This document shows, piece after piece, positions 45,572 through 57,047 of a DNA stretch of 64,000 bases. Position 1 is the stretch's first letter, and every line of letters starts with the position of its first letter. The notes beneath the pieces are model-generated. The model made no database searches, was not told the DNA's origin, and was given only the letters and a program-made list of their open reading frames with translations. The stretch comes from Vulcanimicrobiota bacterium (GTDB lineage: Bacteria; Vulcanimicrobiota; Xenobia; Xenobiales; QWHO01): the NCBI GenBank assembly GCA_963169765.1, contig CAUJEN010000043.1:20164-84163 (forward strand). Direction: 5' to 3'. Both the position numbers and the translations under genes were made by a program.

Positions 45572-46669
45572 TCAGCGACCGCCTGCGATCAAAATGGCCG
45601 GGCCCTCCTCCTGGATCTGCTCCTGGCCGTCCCCGCCCTTGCGGATGGTTCGGCTGCTCCCATTGTCGTAGACCTCGGTCTTGATGCTCTCGCGGTTGAT
45701 GCCGCCGAATTCCACGTCCTGCGTGGTGGTGGTGGTGGTCTCGGTGACCAGCACCCGCGGGTAGACCATGATGGAGGTCTCCGGAACTTCGTAGCTGGTC
45801 GTGCGGGTCACGATCACGTCGCCGGCGAAGCCCGAGATGGTCTGTTTGACCTCCTGGCGGATGGACGCTCCGTCGATGGTCAGGCGGGTCTGCAGACGGG
45901 GGCCCTGCTCGGTGACCACCTCGAAGTCGCCGCTCTGGCGCTGGTAAGTGCGGGTCACGCCGTTCTCAGTGATCTTGACGAAGCGGGCCGTCTCCTCCAT
46001 GGTGACCGTGTTGCCGCGCGAGTCGCGCTCGCGCACGGTATGGCTGAAGCGGCTGCGCACGCTCTCTTGCACGGACGAGTCGGGCATCTCGACGGTGACC
46101 GTGGTCCGGCCCGAGTCTTTCTCCACCCCGATGATGCTGCCGTTGTCCACGAAGCTTCCGCCGTCAGGCCGCTGGTCGGCATAGCTCTGAAGCTTCTCGC
46201 CCACGGTGCTGAGCCGGGTGTGCAGCTCCTGGAAGGTGGTGGCCTCGGCCATGGCGTCCTCCACGCCCGATCCGTAGCGGTTGCGGACCTGGTTGGCGGT
46301 CAGATTGTCGGTCAGGCTGGGCGCAGCCACCTCTTTCATCAACTCTTGATGCTGCGGGGAAATGGGCTGGATGCCGACCTGCTGCACGGTCTGGGTAATG
46401 GCCGGAGGGGGCGGAGGAGCCATGGGAGCAGCCACGGCACCGGTGCAGGCGGCCAGAGCACCCCCCATAGCCAGGGCCAGGCCCATTCCGGCCAGGATCC
46501 GCGTCGATACCGAGGTGGTCCGGTCGGTGGGTTTCTCCTCGGAGGCCTTCAGGCCGCTCAGCTGCACCTGGTCGGCGCCCTCGGACGAGGGCCGGGCCTG
46601 AGGCGTCACCAGCCGGGCCCGGGGCGGGGCCATGCTGGACAGGGATGAGTTTACGATTACGGTGCTCAT
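45572..46669 (-). CDS. Hypothetical protein, Thr/Ser/Val-rich, with N-terminal low-complexity and Gly-zipper segment
   Basis: 365-aa ORF with consistent codon usage. 'AGMGLALAMGGALAACTGAVAAPMAPPPPP' membrane/lipobox-like segment; a beta-rich repetitive C-terminal half. Confidence 0.4.
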   Translation of the reverse strand: MSTVIVNSSLSSMAPPRARLVTPQARPSSEGADQVQLSGLKASEEKPTDRTTSVSTRILAGMGLALAMGGALAACTGAVAAPMAPPPPPAITQTVQQVGIQPISPQHQELMKEVAAPSLTDNLTANQVRNRYGSGVEDAMAEATTFQELHTRLSTVGEKLQSYADQRPDGGSFVDNGSIIGVEKDSGRTTVTVEMPDSSVQESVRSRFSHTVRERDSRGNTVTMEETARFVKITENGVTRTYQRQSGDFEVVTEQGPRLQTRLTIDGASIRQEVKQTISGFAGDVIVTRTTSYEVPETSIMVYPRVLVTETTTTTTQDVEFGGINRESIKTEVYDNGSSRTIRKGGDGQEQIQEEGPAILIAGGR

Positions 46670-46814
46670 GGAGCTCCCCCTTGAATCATCAGGTTTGTGT
46701 GTTGCTTTTGAGGCATCCTAGGCGCAGGGGGTGGCGACGTCGTTACGTGGAGATTGCCGGGTTGTTAACTTGACACCGAGAGGGGATTCCTCTCCGGCGA
46801 TAAAACCCGACTGC

Positions 46815-48303
<1,489 letters not shown>

Positions 48304-48311
<8 letters not shown>

Positions 48312-48921
48312 GAAACCGGCGCGCATTCAGGCCATCCTGGATGAGCTCTATCCCACGGTGGACATTCCTCTGGCCCACCAGGACCCGTTTACCTTGCTGG
48401 TGGCCGTGCTCTTGAGCGCCCAGACGACCGACAAGAAGGTCAACGAAGTCACACCAGCCCTGTTTGCTCGCGCCTGCACCCCTGAGGCAATGGCCACTCT
48501 GGAGGAGGAGGAGATCCGCCAGTTGATCCGGGCCATCGGCCTGGCTCCTTCCAAGGCGCGCAACCTCAAAGCCCTGAGCCAGTTGCTGGTAGAGCGCCAT
48601 CAGGGCCAGGTGCCGCGCAGCTTCGAAGAGCTGGAGGCTCTGCCCGGAGTGGGTCACAAGACGGCCTCGGTGGTGATGGCCCAGGCCTTCGGCGAGCCCG
48701 CCTTCCCGGTGGATACCCACATCCACCGCCTGGCCCAACGCTGGGGACTCTCGAGCGGCAAGAACGTGGCCGAGACCGAGCGCGACCTCAAGCGCCACTT
48801 TCCTCGCAAGGCCTGGAACAAGCTGCACCTGCAGATCATCACCTTCGGGCGGCAGCATTGCCCGGCCTTGCGACACAGGCCGCAGGAGTGTCCGATTTGC
48901 TCCTGGGCATCCTCTTCTTAG
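48304..48921 (+). CDS. nth: Endonuclease III
   Basis: 'DPFTLLVAVLLSAQTTD', 'LPGVGHKTA' (HhH-GPD), 'VDTHIHR' and the C-terminal [4Fe-4S] 'CPALRHRPQECPIC'. GTG start overlapping the malQ stop. Confidence 0.9.
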
Positions 48922-48943
48922 GCAGGCCGCCTGCTGGCTTTGA

Positions 48944-49741
48944 TCAAGGACCTGAGACGGCCGGCTTGGGCGGGCTGCCCGCGGGCCCGGGGGGGACCGC
49001 GTAGGGACCCGGGCGCAGAATCGTGATCCCCTGGGCCCCATAGGCTCCTCGGAAGTAGTTGTTGGGGCTGTCCAGGGTATGGCGGAAGAGCGAGTTCCCA
49101 ACGTCTTTGCTGATCATGTGGACATTGCCATCGCTGACGCGGATGACCAGGCCGGAATGGTCGGCCGTCGAGGTGCTCGTTTGATGGTAGATCACGATGT
49201 CCCCTGCCTGCGGCGTGGTGACGCGGGTGTAGCCGTAGGTCCCGGGGTCAGCCAGGATCGGGTTGGGGTCGAGGTGTCCCCCGACGGGAGGAGATTTGTC
49301 GCCCTGGCGCCAGGCAAAATCGTGGCAATAGTAATCGTTGGTTGCCGTGCCCGTAATGCGCTGCATGTTCGGGTCTTTGGGGCTCGAGTGATCGTGATTG
49401 GCGCTGAGCCTGTCTTGCAGGATGTATCGGTCTTCGCCCTTAAGGCCCCGAAAGTAGTCCTGGACGAGCGGATCCTTCCTAGCTCGAGTATAGTCGCCTC
49501 CATACTCATCCCGAATGTACTGATCCAGATCCGTGTCGCTGCGAATGCGCGACCCGGGGGCGGAATCGCGGTCTCCGTCGTTCATGCTTCGGTCGCCCGG
49601 ACCGATCATGGGACCCGGAGTGGTCACCCCGCCGCTCGGGCCCGACGGCCCGCAGGGTCCGCAGGGGCCACACGGGCCCTGGGCGGCAGCCCCGCCGGTC
49701 AAGGCGGCAGCCAGGCAAATCGTTACCAGGATGCGCATCAT
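48944..49741 (-). CDS. Secreted CHAP/NlpC-P60-like putative amidase with (GPC)3(GPS)2 N-terminal repeat
   Basis: Signal 'MMRILVTICLAAALTGGAAAQ', then 'GPCGPCGPCGPSGPSG', then 'YYCHDFAWRQ...GDIVIYH...HSGLVIRV' (Cys...His amidase-like). Confidence 0.5.
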   Translation of the reverse strand: MMRILVTICLAAALTGGAAAQGPCGPCGPCGPSGPSGGVTTPGPMIGPGDRSMNDGDRDSAPGSRIRSDTDLDQYIRDEYGGDYTRARKDPLVQDYFRGLKGEDRYILQDRLSANHDHSSPKDPNMQRITGTATNDYYCHDFAWRQGDKSPPVGGHLDPNPILADPGTYGYTRVTTPQAGDIVIYHQTSTSTADHSGLVIRVSDGNVHMISKDVGNSLFRHTLDSPNNYFRGAYGAQGITILRPGPYAVPPGPAGSPPKPAVSGP

Positions 49742-49868
49742 CGAGCCCTCCCCAGAGAAACTGCTCAAGCATGATTCGGTATGGAGCCTGGTCTACCCTC
49801 CGTGCTGGAGAAGGCCCCCGATGGGCCGCGTAGAAGGACCGCTGGACTTTCACCCGGAGGAGCACTCA

Positions 49869-52800
49869 ATGGCGGCCAGTCTTGCCGAACTCAAATCCTA
49901 CATCCTCGAGCAGGTGACCGGAGAGGAGGCCGCGTTCATTCGCAGCTTCAGCGAGGTCCTGTTCGACAAAGCCTACCCCGAGTTCTTGGAGAAGTTCGAG
50001 CCTGACGGCCTGCTCGCCGTAGCCATGGGGGCTCTGAGGCTCATCGAGCAGGCCCCCCCCGAGCAGGTCAAGGTGCGCGTCTACAAGCCCGAGCTCAAAG
50101 AGCACGGCTGGAGCTGGCCGGGCTCGGTCTTAGAGCTCCACCTCAGCGACCGTCCCTTCCTGGTCGACTCGGTGAGGGCAGAGCTGCGCCGCCACGGTCG
50201 CGAGGTATCCCACAACCTGCACCCCATTCTGCAGATTCATCGCGACGAGCACGGAAAGGTCGTGCGCTCGGGTGGCGCCGGCAAGTCCTCGCAGGAGTCT
50301 TACCAGCTCTATCTGCTGGAGGACCCGCTTGAGCCGGCGGAAGCGACCGAGCTCGCCGATGCGGTCAGCCGTGTGCTGGCCGACGTGGTGCTGGCCACCG
50401 ACGACTATACGGCTCTGCGCCAGAAGGCCGAGGGGATGGCGGACTCCATCACCCGCTACAGCCAGGACCCTTCGCTCAGCGCCGAGCGAGCCCTGGAGGT
50501 GCGCGAGTATGCCGAGTTCCTCAAGTGGCTGGGCGAAGGCAACTTCGTCTTCCTGGGCTACCGCGAGTACACCATCAAGGACGACAAGCTCAGCATGGAC
50601 AAAGGCTCCAGCCTGGGCATCCTGCGCGGCAAGGCCAGAACTTCCAGCTACCTCGAGCCGGTCTCGCTGGCCGACCTGCCTGAGAACCTCCGCCAGCGCG
50701 TCACCCAGGGTCCCATGATGGTAGTGACCAAGTCCAACGCTGAAGCCACGGTCCATCGCCCGGTGCGCATGGACTATGTGGGGGTCAAGCGCTCGGAAGG
50801 TGGCGAGCTCAGACTCCTGGGGCTGTTTACCTCCTCCGCGCTCTCCACGCCCTGTAAGGACATCCCCATTTTACGGCTCAAGATGGCCCGCGTGCTCGAG
50901 CTCGACGGCAGTCCGGAGGGCTCGCACGACTTCAAGCAGATCGTCAGCATCTTCAACTCCCTGCCCCGCGAGGAGCTGTTCTGGGGCGAGCCCGAGCAAC
51001 TGCTCAAGGAGATCCGCGCCATCATGCAGATGGAAGCGGAGAATCGAGTGCGTCTCACCGTGCGCCGCGATCCCCTGGCGCGGGGTATGCTGGTGATGGT
51101 CATCATGCCCCGTGAGCGCTTCAACGCCGGAGTGCGTCTGAAAATTCAAGAGCTCTTGCAGGAGCGTTTCAAAGCCAGCCAGGTGGACTACCAGCTTTCT
51201 ATCGGCGAGGACATGTCCCAGGTGCGCTTCCACTTCTTCCTGACCACCGAGTTCGGGGTCGAGGATGCCGACCTGAAATCCCTGGAGACCGACGTGGCCA
51301 CGCTCACTCGCTCCTGGGAGGACCTGCTCGAGGAGCGCCTCAAGGAGCAGTTCGGTGAGGGTCCCGGCGAAAAGCTGTCCGATCGGTATCGGGGAGCCTT
51401 CAACGAGGCCTACAAAGCCTGCAACACGCCTGCCATGGCGGCCCAGGACGTGGCCCGGATGGAGGCTTTCCAGGAGCGCGACTACCTCGTCGGCCTGCAT
51501 TCCGATGCCGAGGTCAGCTGGCTCAAAATCTACCATCGCCGCAACAACCTGACCCTGAGCGACACCATGCCTTTCCTGGAGAATATCGGCCTGGTGGTGC
51601 TCGAGCAACTCTCCTTTGCTGTCCAGGTCAAGGAGCGGCCCGCCTGCGGCGTGGACGTCTATCGCGTCTTGAATCGCGACCGCAAGCCTCTGCCTGTGGC
51701 GCCGGATTGCCCTCTCTGCGAGGCCATGGTCGCTCTGCTCGACGGTCGGGCGGTGGACGACCGGCTCAACGGACTCATCCTGACGGCCGGCCTGAGCGTG
51801 CGTCAGGTTTCCCTGCTGCGGGTCTATCAGCTCTATCTCTCCCAGATCGACTCCACCAGCCGCCGCTTTATCAACGACACCCTCTTGAACCACCCCGACT
51901 GCGCTCGACTGCTCTATGAGTTCTTCGAGGCCCGCTTCAAGCCGGGCGTGGAAGCTCGCGGAAGCGAGTGTCACGCAGTCAAAGAGCGCTTCCTGGAGGC
52001 GCTCAACATGGTCACCAGCCTGCCGGAAGACCGCACTCTCAGGGCCTTGCTCAATTTGATCGAGTCCACGCTGAGGACCAGCTACTTCCTGGGCCATGAC
52101 CGGATCAGCCTGAAGATCAGCTCTCAGGCCGTGGATCACATGCCCGAGCCTCGCCCGCTTTACGAGATCGTGGTGGCTGGCCCGGGGGTGGAAGGCATCC
52201 ACCTGCGCGGTGGCAAGGTGGCCCGCGGCGGCCTGCGCTGGAGCGATCGTCCCGACTTTCGCACCGAGGTGCTGGGTCTGATGAAGACCCAGATGACCAA
52301 GAACGCCGTCATCGTGCCGGTCGGCTCCAAGGGTGGCTTTTTGCTCAAGAATCCTCCCTCTGACCGCGACGAGCTGCGCACCTGCGTGGTGGAACGCTAC
52401 AAGACGTTCATTCGCGGCCTGCTCGACTTGACCGACAACATCGTGGAGGGGCAGATCGTCCATCCCAAGGACCTGGTGATCTACGACGACAACGATCCCT
52501 ACCTGGTCGTGGCCGCCGACAAGGGGACCGCCACCTTCTCGGACACGGCCAATTCGGTGGCGGCCGAATACGGCTTCTGGCTTGGTGACGCCTTTGCCTC
52601 GGGCGGGTCCTACGGCTATGATCACAAGAAGGAGGGCATCACCGCGCGGGGTGCCTGGGAGTGCGTCAAGCGTCACTTCCGCGAGATCGGGATCAACCTC
52701 GACGCTCCCTTCACGGTGGCCGGCATCGGCGATCTCTCCGGGGACGTGTTCGGAAACGGCCTGATCTACTCGGACAAGATCAAGCTGCTGGCGGCTTTCA

Positions 52801-54590
52801 ATCACCTGCACATCTTCCTGGATCCCGATCCCGACCCTGGCAAGAGCTACGCCGAGCGCGTGCGCATGTTCAACCTGCCGCGCTCGACCTGGGATGACTA
52901 CGACAAGGGCCTGATCAGCGCCGGGGGCGGTGTGCACCCGCGCCATGCCAAGTCCATCACCCTGACCCCCGAGGTGCGTAAAGCCCTGGGCATCGAGGCC
53001 GAGAAATTGAGCGGTGACGATCTGGTCAAGGCCATCTTGCGGTCTCCGGTCGACCTGCTCTGGAATGGTGGCATTGGCACCTACGTCAAGGCCACCAGCG
53101 AGCGCAACGCCGAGGTGGGCGACTCCAACAACGACCAGGTGCGCATCAACGCCCACGAGCTCAACTGCAAGGTGCTCGGCGAGGGCGGCAACAACGGCAT
53201 GACGCAGCTGGCCCGCATTGAGTATGCTCGCCTGGGTGGCCGGGTCAACACCGACGCCATCGACAATTCGGCCGGCGTGGACATGTCCGACCACGAGGTC
53301 AACATCAAGATTCTCTTCCAGCCGTTGATGTCGTCGGGCAAGCTGACCCTCGAGGAGCGCAACAAGATTCTCGGGGAGATGACCAACGAGGTCAACGCGC
53401 TCGTCTTGCTGGACAATTACTGCCAGTCGATGGCTCTGAGCCTGGCTGAGCGCCGCTCCAGGCAAGACATGGCGCTTTTTTCGACCCTCATCGATTATCT
53501 GGAGGAGCGGGGCGGGCTCAAGCGCGAGGTGGAGTTCCTTTCCGACCTCAAGGCCATCGCCGAGCGCGAGCGCAACGGCGAGGGTCTGACTCGCCCCGAG
53601 CTGGCTATCGTGCTGGCCTATACCAAGATGGGGCTGTTCCGGCGCCTCCTGGAGACGGACTTCCCTGAAGAGCCGCACTTCCAGCACTACCTGACCCACT
53701 ACTTCCCCAAGCTCTTGCGCGAGCGCTTCCCGGATGAGATCAAGAACCACCAGCTGCGGCGGGAGATCATCGCCACCCAGTTCACCAATCGGGTGGTGGA
53801 CATTCTGGGCATGACCTTTGTCCATCGCACGATCCGTAACACGGGCGCGACTCCCGTGGCGGTGGTTCGGGCGGCCCTGATGGCTCTGGAGATCCTCAAC
53901 CTCGAGCCGCTCATCACCGACATCTTCGGCCTCGACAACCAGGTGCCGCCGGCTGCCCAGTATGACGCGCTCTGGAGTGTGCTCGAGACGGTTGAGAGCG
54001 TGGTCAACCAGATGCTGCTCATCCACGGGATGCGGGGAACCGTGAGCGAGTTCGTGCGCGATTACCGAGAGCCCCTGCTGGACATCCGTCAGCGTTTTCC
54101 GGACCTCTTGCCTGCCAAGGAGCAAGAGCTGTTCAGCGCGCGCCAGAAGGAGTTCGAGGGCCACGGCTTCCCGAGCGAGCTGGCGCGCCACATCGCCACC
54201 CTGGCCTACTTGCCCAGTGGGTTGGGGGTGGTGGATGCAGGCCGGATGGCCCGGGTGGATATCGCCCACGCCGCTCAGCATTACTACGCTCTGGGCGATC
54301 GCCTGGCGCTGGGCTGGCTGCGCATCCGCCTGTCCCGCCTGACGGGCCAGAACAAGTGGGAGACCATCGCCCTGGAGGGTCTCATCATGGACCTTCGCCA
54401 ACTGCAGCTGAAGCTGGCTCTGGGCAGCCTCAAGCACGCCAGCCCGGACGAGTTCCTGGCCGGCCTGGGCGAGCGGGTGCGGCGCTACGAAATGGCCCTC
54501 ACCGAGATTCGTGAATCCAATGCGCTGTCGCTGGCTTCCTGCGGGGTGCTGGCCCGGCAGCTCAGCCAGATGGCCCAGGCACTGGCGTGA
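49869..54590 (+). CDS. gdhB: NAD-specific glutamate dehydrogenase, large (~180 kDa) GdhB type
   Basis: 1574-aa ORF. 'ITARGAWECVKRHFREIGINL', 'GIGDLSGDVFGNGL' and 'HELNCKVLGEGGNNG' match the Bac_GDH catalytic core; long N- and C-terminal helical regions. Confidence 0.9.
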   Translation: MAASLAELKSYILEQVTGEEAAFIRSFSEVLFDKAYPEFLEKFEPDGLLAVAMGALRLIEQAPPEQVKVRVYKPELKEHGWSWPGSVLELHLSDRPFLVDSVRAELRRHGREVSHNLHPILQIHRDEHGKVVRSGGAGKSSQESYQLYLLEDPLEPAEATELADAVSRVLADVVLATDDYTALRQKAEGMADSITRYSQDPSLSAERALEVREYAEFLKWLGEGNFVFLGYREYTIKDDKLSMDKGSSLGILRGKARTSSYLEPVSLADLPENLRQRVTQGPMMVVTKSNAEATVHRPVRMDYVGVKRSEGGELRLLGLFTSSALSTPCKDIPILRLKMARVLELDGSPEGSHDFKQIVSIFNSLPREELFWGEPEQLLKEIRAIMQMEAENRVRLTVRRDPLARGMLVMVIMPRERFNAGVRLKIQELLQERFKASQVDYQLSIGEDMSQVRFHFFLTTEFGVEDADLKSLETDVATLTRSWEDLLEERLKEQFGEGPGEKLSDRYRGAFNEAYKACNTPAMAAQDVARMEAFQERDYLVGLHSDAEVSWLKIYHRRNNLTLSDTMPFLENIGLVVLEQLSFAVQVKERPACGVDVYRVLNRDRKPLPVAPDCPLCEAMVALLDGRAVDDRLNGLILTAGLSVRQVSLLRVYQLYLSQIDSTSRRFINDTLLNHPDCARLLYEFFEARFKPGVEARGSECHAVKERFLEALNMVTSLPEDRTLRALLNLIESTLRTSYFLGHDRISLKISSQAVDHMPEPRPLYEIVVAGPGVEGIHLRGGKVARGGLRWSDRPDFRTEVLGLMKTQMTKNAVIVPVGSKGGFLLKNPPSDRDELRTCVVERYKTFIRGLLDLTDNIVEGQIVHPKDLVIYDDNDPYLVVAADKGTATFSDTANSVAAEYGFWLGDAFASGGSYGYDHKKEGITARGAWECVKRHFREIGINLDAPFTVAGIGDLSGDVFGNGLIYSDKIKLLAAFNHLHIFLDPDPDPGKSYAERVRMFNLPRSTWDDYDKGLISAGGGVHPRHAKSITLTPEVRKALGIEAEKLSGDDLVKAILRSPVDLLWNGGIGTYVKATSERNAEVGDSNNDQVRINAHELNCKVLGEGGNNGMTQLARIEYARLGGRVNTDAIDNSAGVDMSDHEVNIKILFQPLMSSGKLTLEERNKILGEMTNEVNALVLLDNYCQSMALSLAERRSRQDMALFSTLIDYLEERGGLKREVEFLSDLKAIAERERNGEGLTRPELAIVLAYTKMGLFRRLLETDFPEEPHFQHYLTHYFPKLLRERFPDEIKNHQLRREIIATQFTNRVVDILGMTFVHRTIRNTGATPVAVVRAALMALEILNLEPLITDIFGLDNQVPPAAQYDALWSVLETVESVVNQMLLIHGMRGTVSEFVRDYREPLLDIRQRFPDLLPAKEQELFSARQKEFEGHGFPSELARHIATLAYLPSGLGVVDAGRMARVDIAHAAQHYYALGDRLALGWLRIRLSRLTGQNKWETIALEGLIMDLRQLQLKLALGSLKHASPDEFLAGLGERVRRYEMALTEIRESNALSLASCGVLARQLSQMAQALA

Positions 54591-54982
54591 AAAAGCCCAG
54601 CTTGCAGTATTCGCTCACCTGTCTGGGGGTGGACGAGCGCCACGGCCCCCCCAGCTTCAACTATGTCTTTTACCGGCTGCCCCTGGCCTCGTTCCCCTAC
54701 CGCTTCCCGGCTGACGCAGGGTTCTTCCTGGTCAACGCCTGGTGCGACGGCGAGGGCGAGTTCAAGCAGCGGGTGGTGATCACCGCTCCCGACGGCCAGA
54801 CCACGCTGCTCGACACCGGTCAGCGGCCCTTCAAGCTGGAGAGCCCGCGCTCTTTGGACCAGTCCATCTGGTTCCTGCAGGGCTTCAGCTTTCCCATCGC
54901 CGGCTTCTACCCGGTCAAAGTCTATCTGGAGGATCAGGTCGTGCTCGAATATGCCATCGAAGCCTACGAGACCCCCTCATGA
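54587..54982 (+). CDS. Hypothetical protein translationally coupled to gdhB
   Basis: 131-aa ORF whose start overlaps the gdhB stop (GTGA). Beta-rich; no family recognised. Confidence 0.5.
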   Translation: MKKPSLQYSLTCLGVDERHGPPSFNYVFYRLPLASFPYRFPADAGFFLVNAWCDGEGEFKQRVVITAPDGQTTLLDTGQRPFKLESPRSLDQSIWFLQGFSFPIAGFYPVKVYLEDQVVLEYAIEAYETPS

Positions 54983-55344
54983 ACCTGACCGACTACCTTG
55001 GCGATGTGGCCCGGGGGGTGCGCGACGGCCAGGAGTTCGACCCCCACGACCTGGCCCTGGTGGGCTTGCGGGTGGCCGAGAAGCTGGAGAAGGTCTACCA
55101 ACAGCTGGAGGACAATCCTGCCCCCGAGGGGCTGGAGGGCCTGGACGAAGCCACCCGCGAGGCGGCCAATCTCTATGGCGAGGCGGCCGAGCTGATCATG
55201 CGCTCCAACCAGGAAGGCGACCCCGGTCTGGCCGAAAAAGCACTCGAGTGCATCCAGGAAGCCTGCGACACGCTCCGGTTGGTGCGCCAGCGGGCCAGCG
55301 AAACGCGCCAGATTCTGGATGAGGAAGTGGGGGCGAGCTACTGA
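54979..55344 (+). CDS. Hypothetical acidic helical protein, coupled (ATGA) to upstream ORF
   Basis: 121 aa. 'MNLTDYLGDVARGV...' starts at an ATG overlapping the previous stop. Confidence 0.5.
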   Translation: MNLTDYLGDVARGVRDGQEFDPHDLALVGLRVAEKLEKVYQQLEDNPAPEGLEGLDEATREAANLYGEAAELIMRSNQEGDPGLAEKALECIQEACDTLRLVRQRASETRQILDEEVGASY

Positions 55345-56045
55345 TGGACGCCATTCCCGAGCTGAACGTCCGGGTCTCCCTGAACCTCTGGGGAGGCTCG
55401 TCGTCTTCCCCGATGGCCTTCCGGCGCATGTCGCCGCTGGCCGGCATCCAGTCGGTCGAGCGGGCCCGGGTGGCCCAGGAGAATCTCTCCAAGTTGCTTT
55501 TCGGAGCCGACCTCTCGCCCGATGAGCTGCAGGCTTATCGCCAGCGCCTCATGCGGGCGCTGGACATGTCCGACAACCTGGAAGACCTCGAGGAAGAGCT
55601 GCCCGAGATCAAGGAAAAGCGGGTCAGCGGACCGCGCGGCTCCTACCACGTCGGCAACGTGCTCTGGACCCCGCCACCCGAGTTTCAGCTCAAGCCGCCG
55701 GCCGACGCGATCCAGGTCTCTCCCGTGCACCAGGTGCATAACGTCAGCCTGCTCGAGCGCATCAACTTGTGCGCCGACTGCGGTCTGGCCAAAGGGCCCG
55801 ACAAGCCTGACTGCGGCCAGTGCGGGGCGGTGGAGCGCCAGCGGGTCAGCCGGGTGGGAGTCTTCCTGGCCGCCGCCGGGGAGATGGGGGAGATCGGCCA
55901 CGATTCAGTGGATATGAGCTCGAAGGGCCTGCAGCAGCTGACCGAGCCGCGAAGGGGAGCCGACCTGGTCACCACCCGCATGCCGCCGAAGTTCGTGCGC
56001 CGCTATGAGATGCTGCAGCTCGGACAGCCGGCGGAAGCGGCCTGA
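55344..56045 (+). CDS. Hypothetical protein with C4 zinc-ribbon-like Cys cluster, coupled to upstream ORF
   Basis: 233 aa. 'CADCGLAKGPDKPDCGQCG' is a CxxC...CxxC ribbon. ATG immediately follows the previous stop. Followed by the hairpin 'gcccgacgg...ccgtcgggc' (56114-56145). Confidence 0.5.
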   Translation: MDAIPELNVRVSLNLWGGSSSSPMAFRRMSPLAGIQSVERARVAQENLSKLLFGADLSPDELQAYRQRLMRALDMSDNLEDLEEELPEIKEKRVSGPRGSYHVGNVLWTPPPEFQLKPPADAIQVSPVHQVHNVSLLERINLCADCGLAKGPDKPDCGQCGAVERQRVSRVGVFLAAAGEMGEIGHDSVDMSSKGLQQLTEPRRGADLVTTRMPPKFVRRYEMLQLGQPAEAA

Positions 56046-56335
56046 AAATTCGACCGCCCCTGTCGTCGCTGAGATTATTGATCGCTCCCATCGTCGCCAA
56101 GAAATATTGAAGCCCGACGGTCGGGGGGGGGTCACCCGTCGGGCCTCAAACTGAATCTTTCTGAGCTCAGAATACCTTGAGCCGGCCCTCTGCAACAGGC
56201 ACATGTCTACCAGCCGTCTACCGGTAGAATGCTGCCACCGGGAAGCAAGTTGCGCTGACGGCGAGCGTGAAAGAGTCCACCGACAACGGTTTGGCATTGG
56301 AGGGAATGCTTGCGCGAGCGTGCAAATTCTCTTCA

Positions 56336-56920
56336 ATGCCCCTGATCAACAGAGAACCTCGAAGCTTTTCGGTGGATGAGTATGCCCTGATGGGCGAGGC
56401 GGGGGTCTTTCGGCCCGGCGAACGGGTCGAGTTGATCGAGGGAGTGATCGTCTCCATGTCCCCTCAGAACGTGCCCCATGCCTCCCGCATTGCCCGCCTC
56501 ACGACCCTGCTCGTAAACGCTTTCGGGCAAACCCACGAGGTGAGGGTCCAGCTTCCCCTGACCCTGGGCGAGCGAAGCGAGCCCGAGCCCGACTTTGCCC
56601 TGGTTCGCTTCGAGCAGGCCGACCAGGCCAGGCGGCATCCCGACGGCGCCGATCTGGTGATGGAGATCTCGGACTCTTCGCTCAGTTTCGATCGCACCGA
56701 GAAGGCCAGCCTCTATGCCAGGGCCGGTATCCCCGAATACTGGGTCTTGAATCTCCCGGCCCAGCGTCTCGAGGTGCGCCGACAACCCCGTCCCGATCCC
56801 GAGGCCAGCTTTGCCTGGGGCTATTCCGAGCTGACTCTCGTCGCTCCGGGCCAGGAGGTGGCCCCCCTCTTTCAGCCCGAGGCCCGCTTTGCCGTGGGCC
56901 GGTTGCTCGGTCTGGAGTAG
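56336..56920 (+). CDS. Uma2-family (DUF820) PD-(D/E)xK endonuclease
   Basis: 'FSVDEYALMGEAGVF...RVELIEGVIVSMSP', 'PDFALV' and 'ADLVMEISDSSLSFDRTEKASLYARAGIPEYWVLNL' give the Uma2 pattern with the D...E-x-S core. Confidence 0.8.
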   Translation: MPLINREPRSFSVDEYALMGEAGVFRPGERVELIEGVIVSMSPQNVPHASRIARLTTLLVNAFGQTHEVRVQLPLTLGERSEPEPDFALVRFEQADQARRHPDGADLVMEISDSSLSFDRTEKASLYARAGIPEYWVLNLPAQRLEVRRQPRPDPEASFAWGYSELTLVAPGQEVAPLFQPEARFAVGRLLGLE

Positions 56921-57047
56921 TTACCGAACGCGCGTCGAGCACCCAAAGCGTGTCGCCCCATTCAATGCGGTACTGCGTCAGAGGGTTAGAAGGCACCTTC
57001 CCCGGCCCGTCGAATTTTCAGGGCACAGACAGCCGAGGAGGATGCGC

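Noticed and set aside
50871-54437. 1188-aa minus-strand ORF inside gdhB
   Set aside because: Antisense to the unambiguous NAD-GDH gene; sequence is low-complexity (H/Q/G/L/A).
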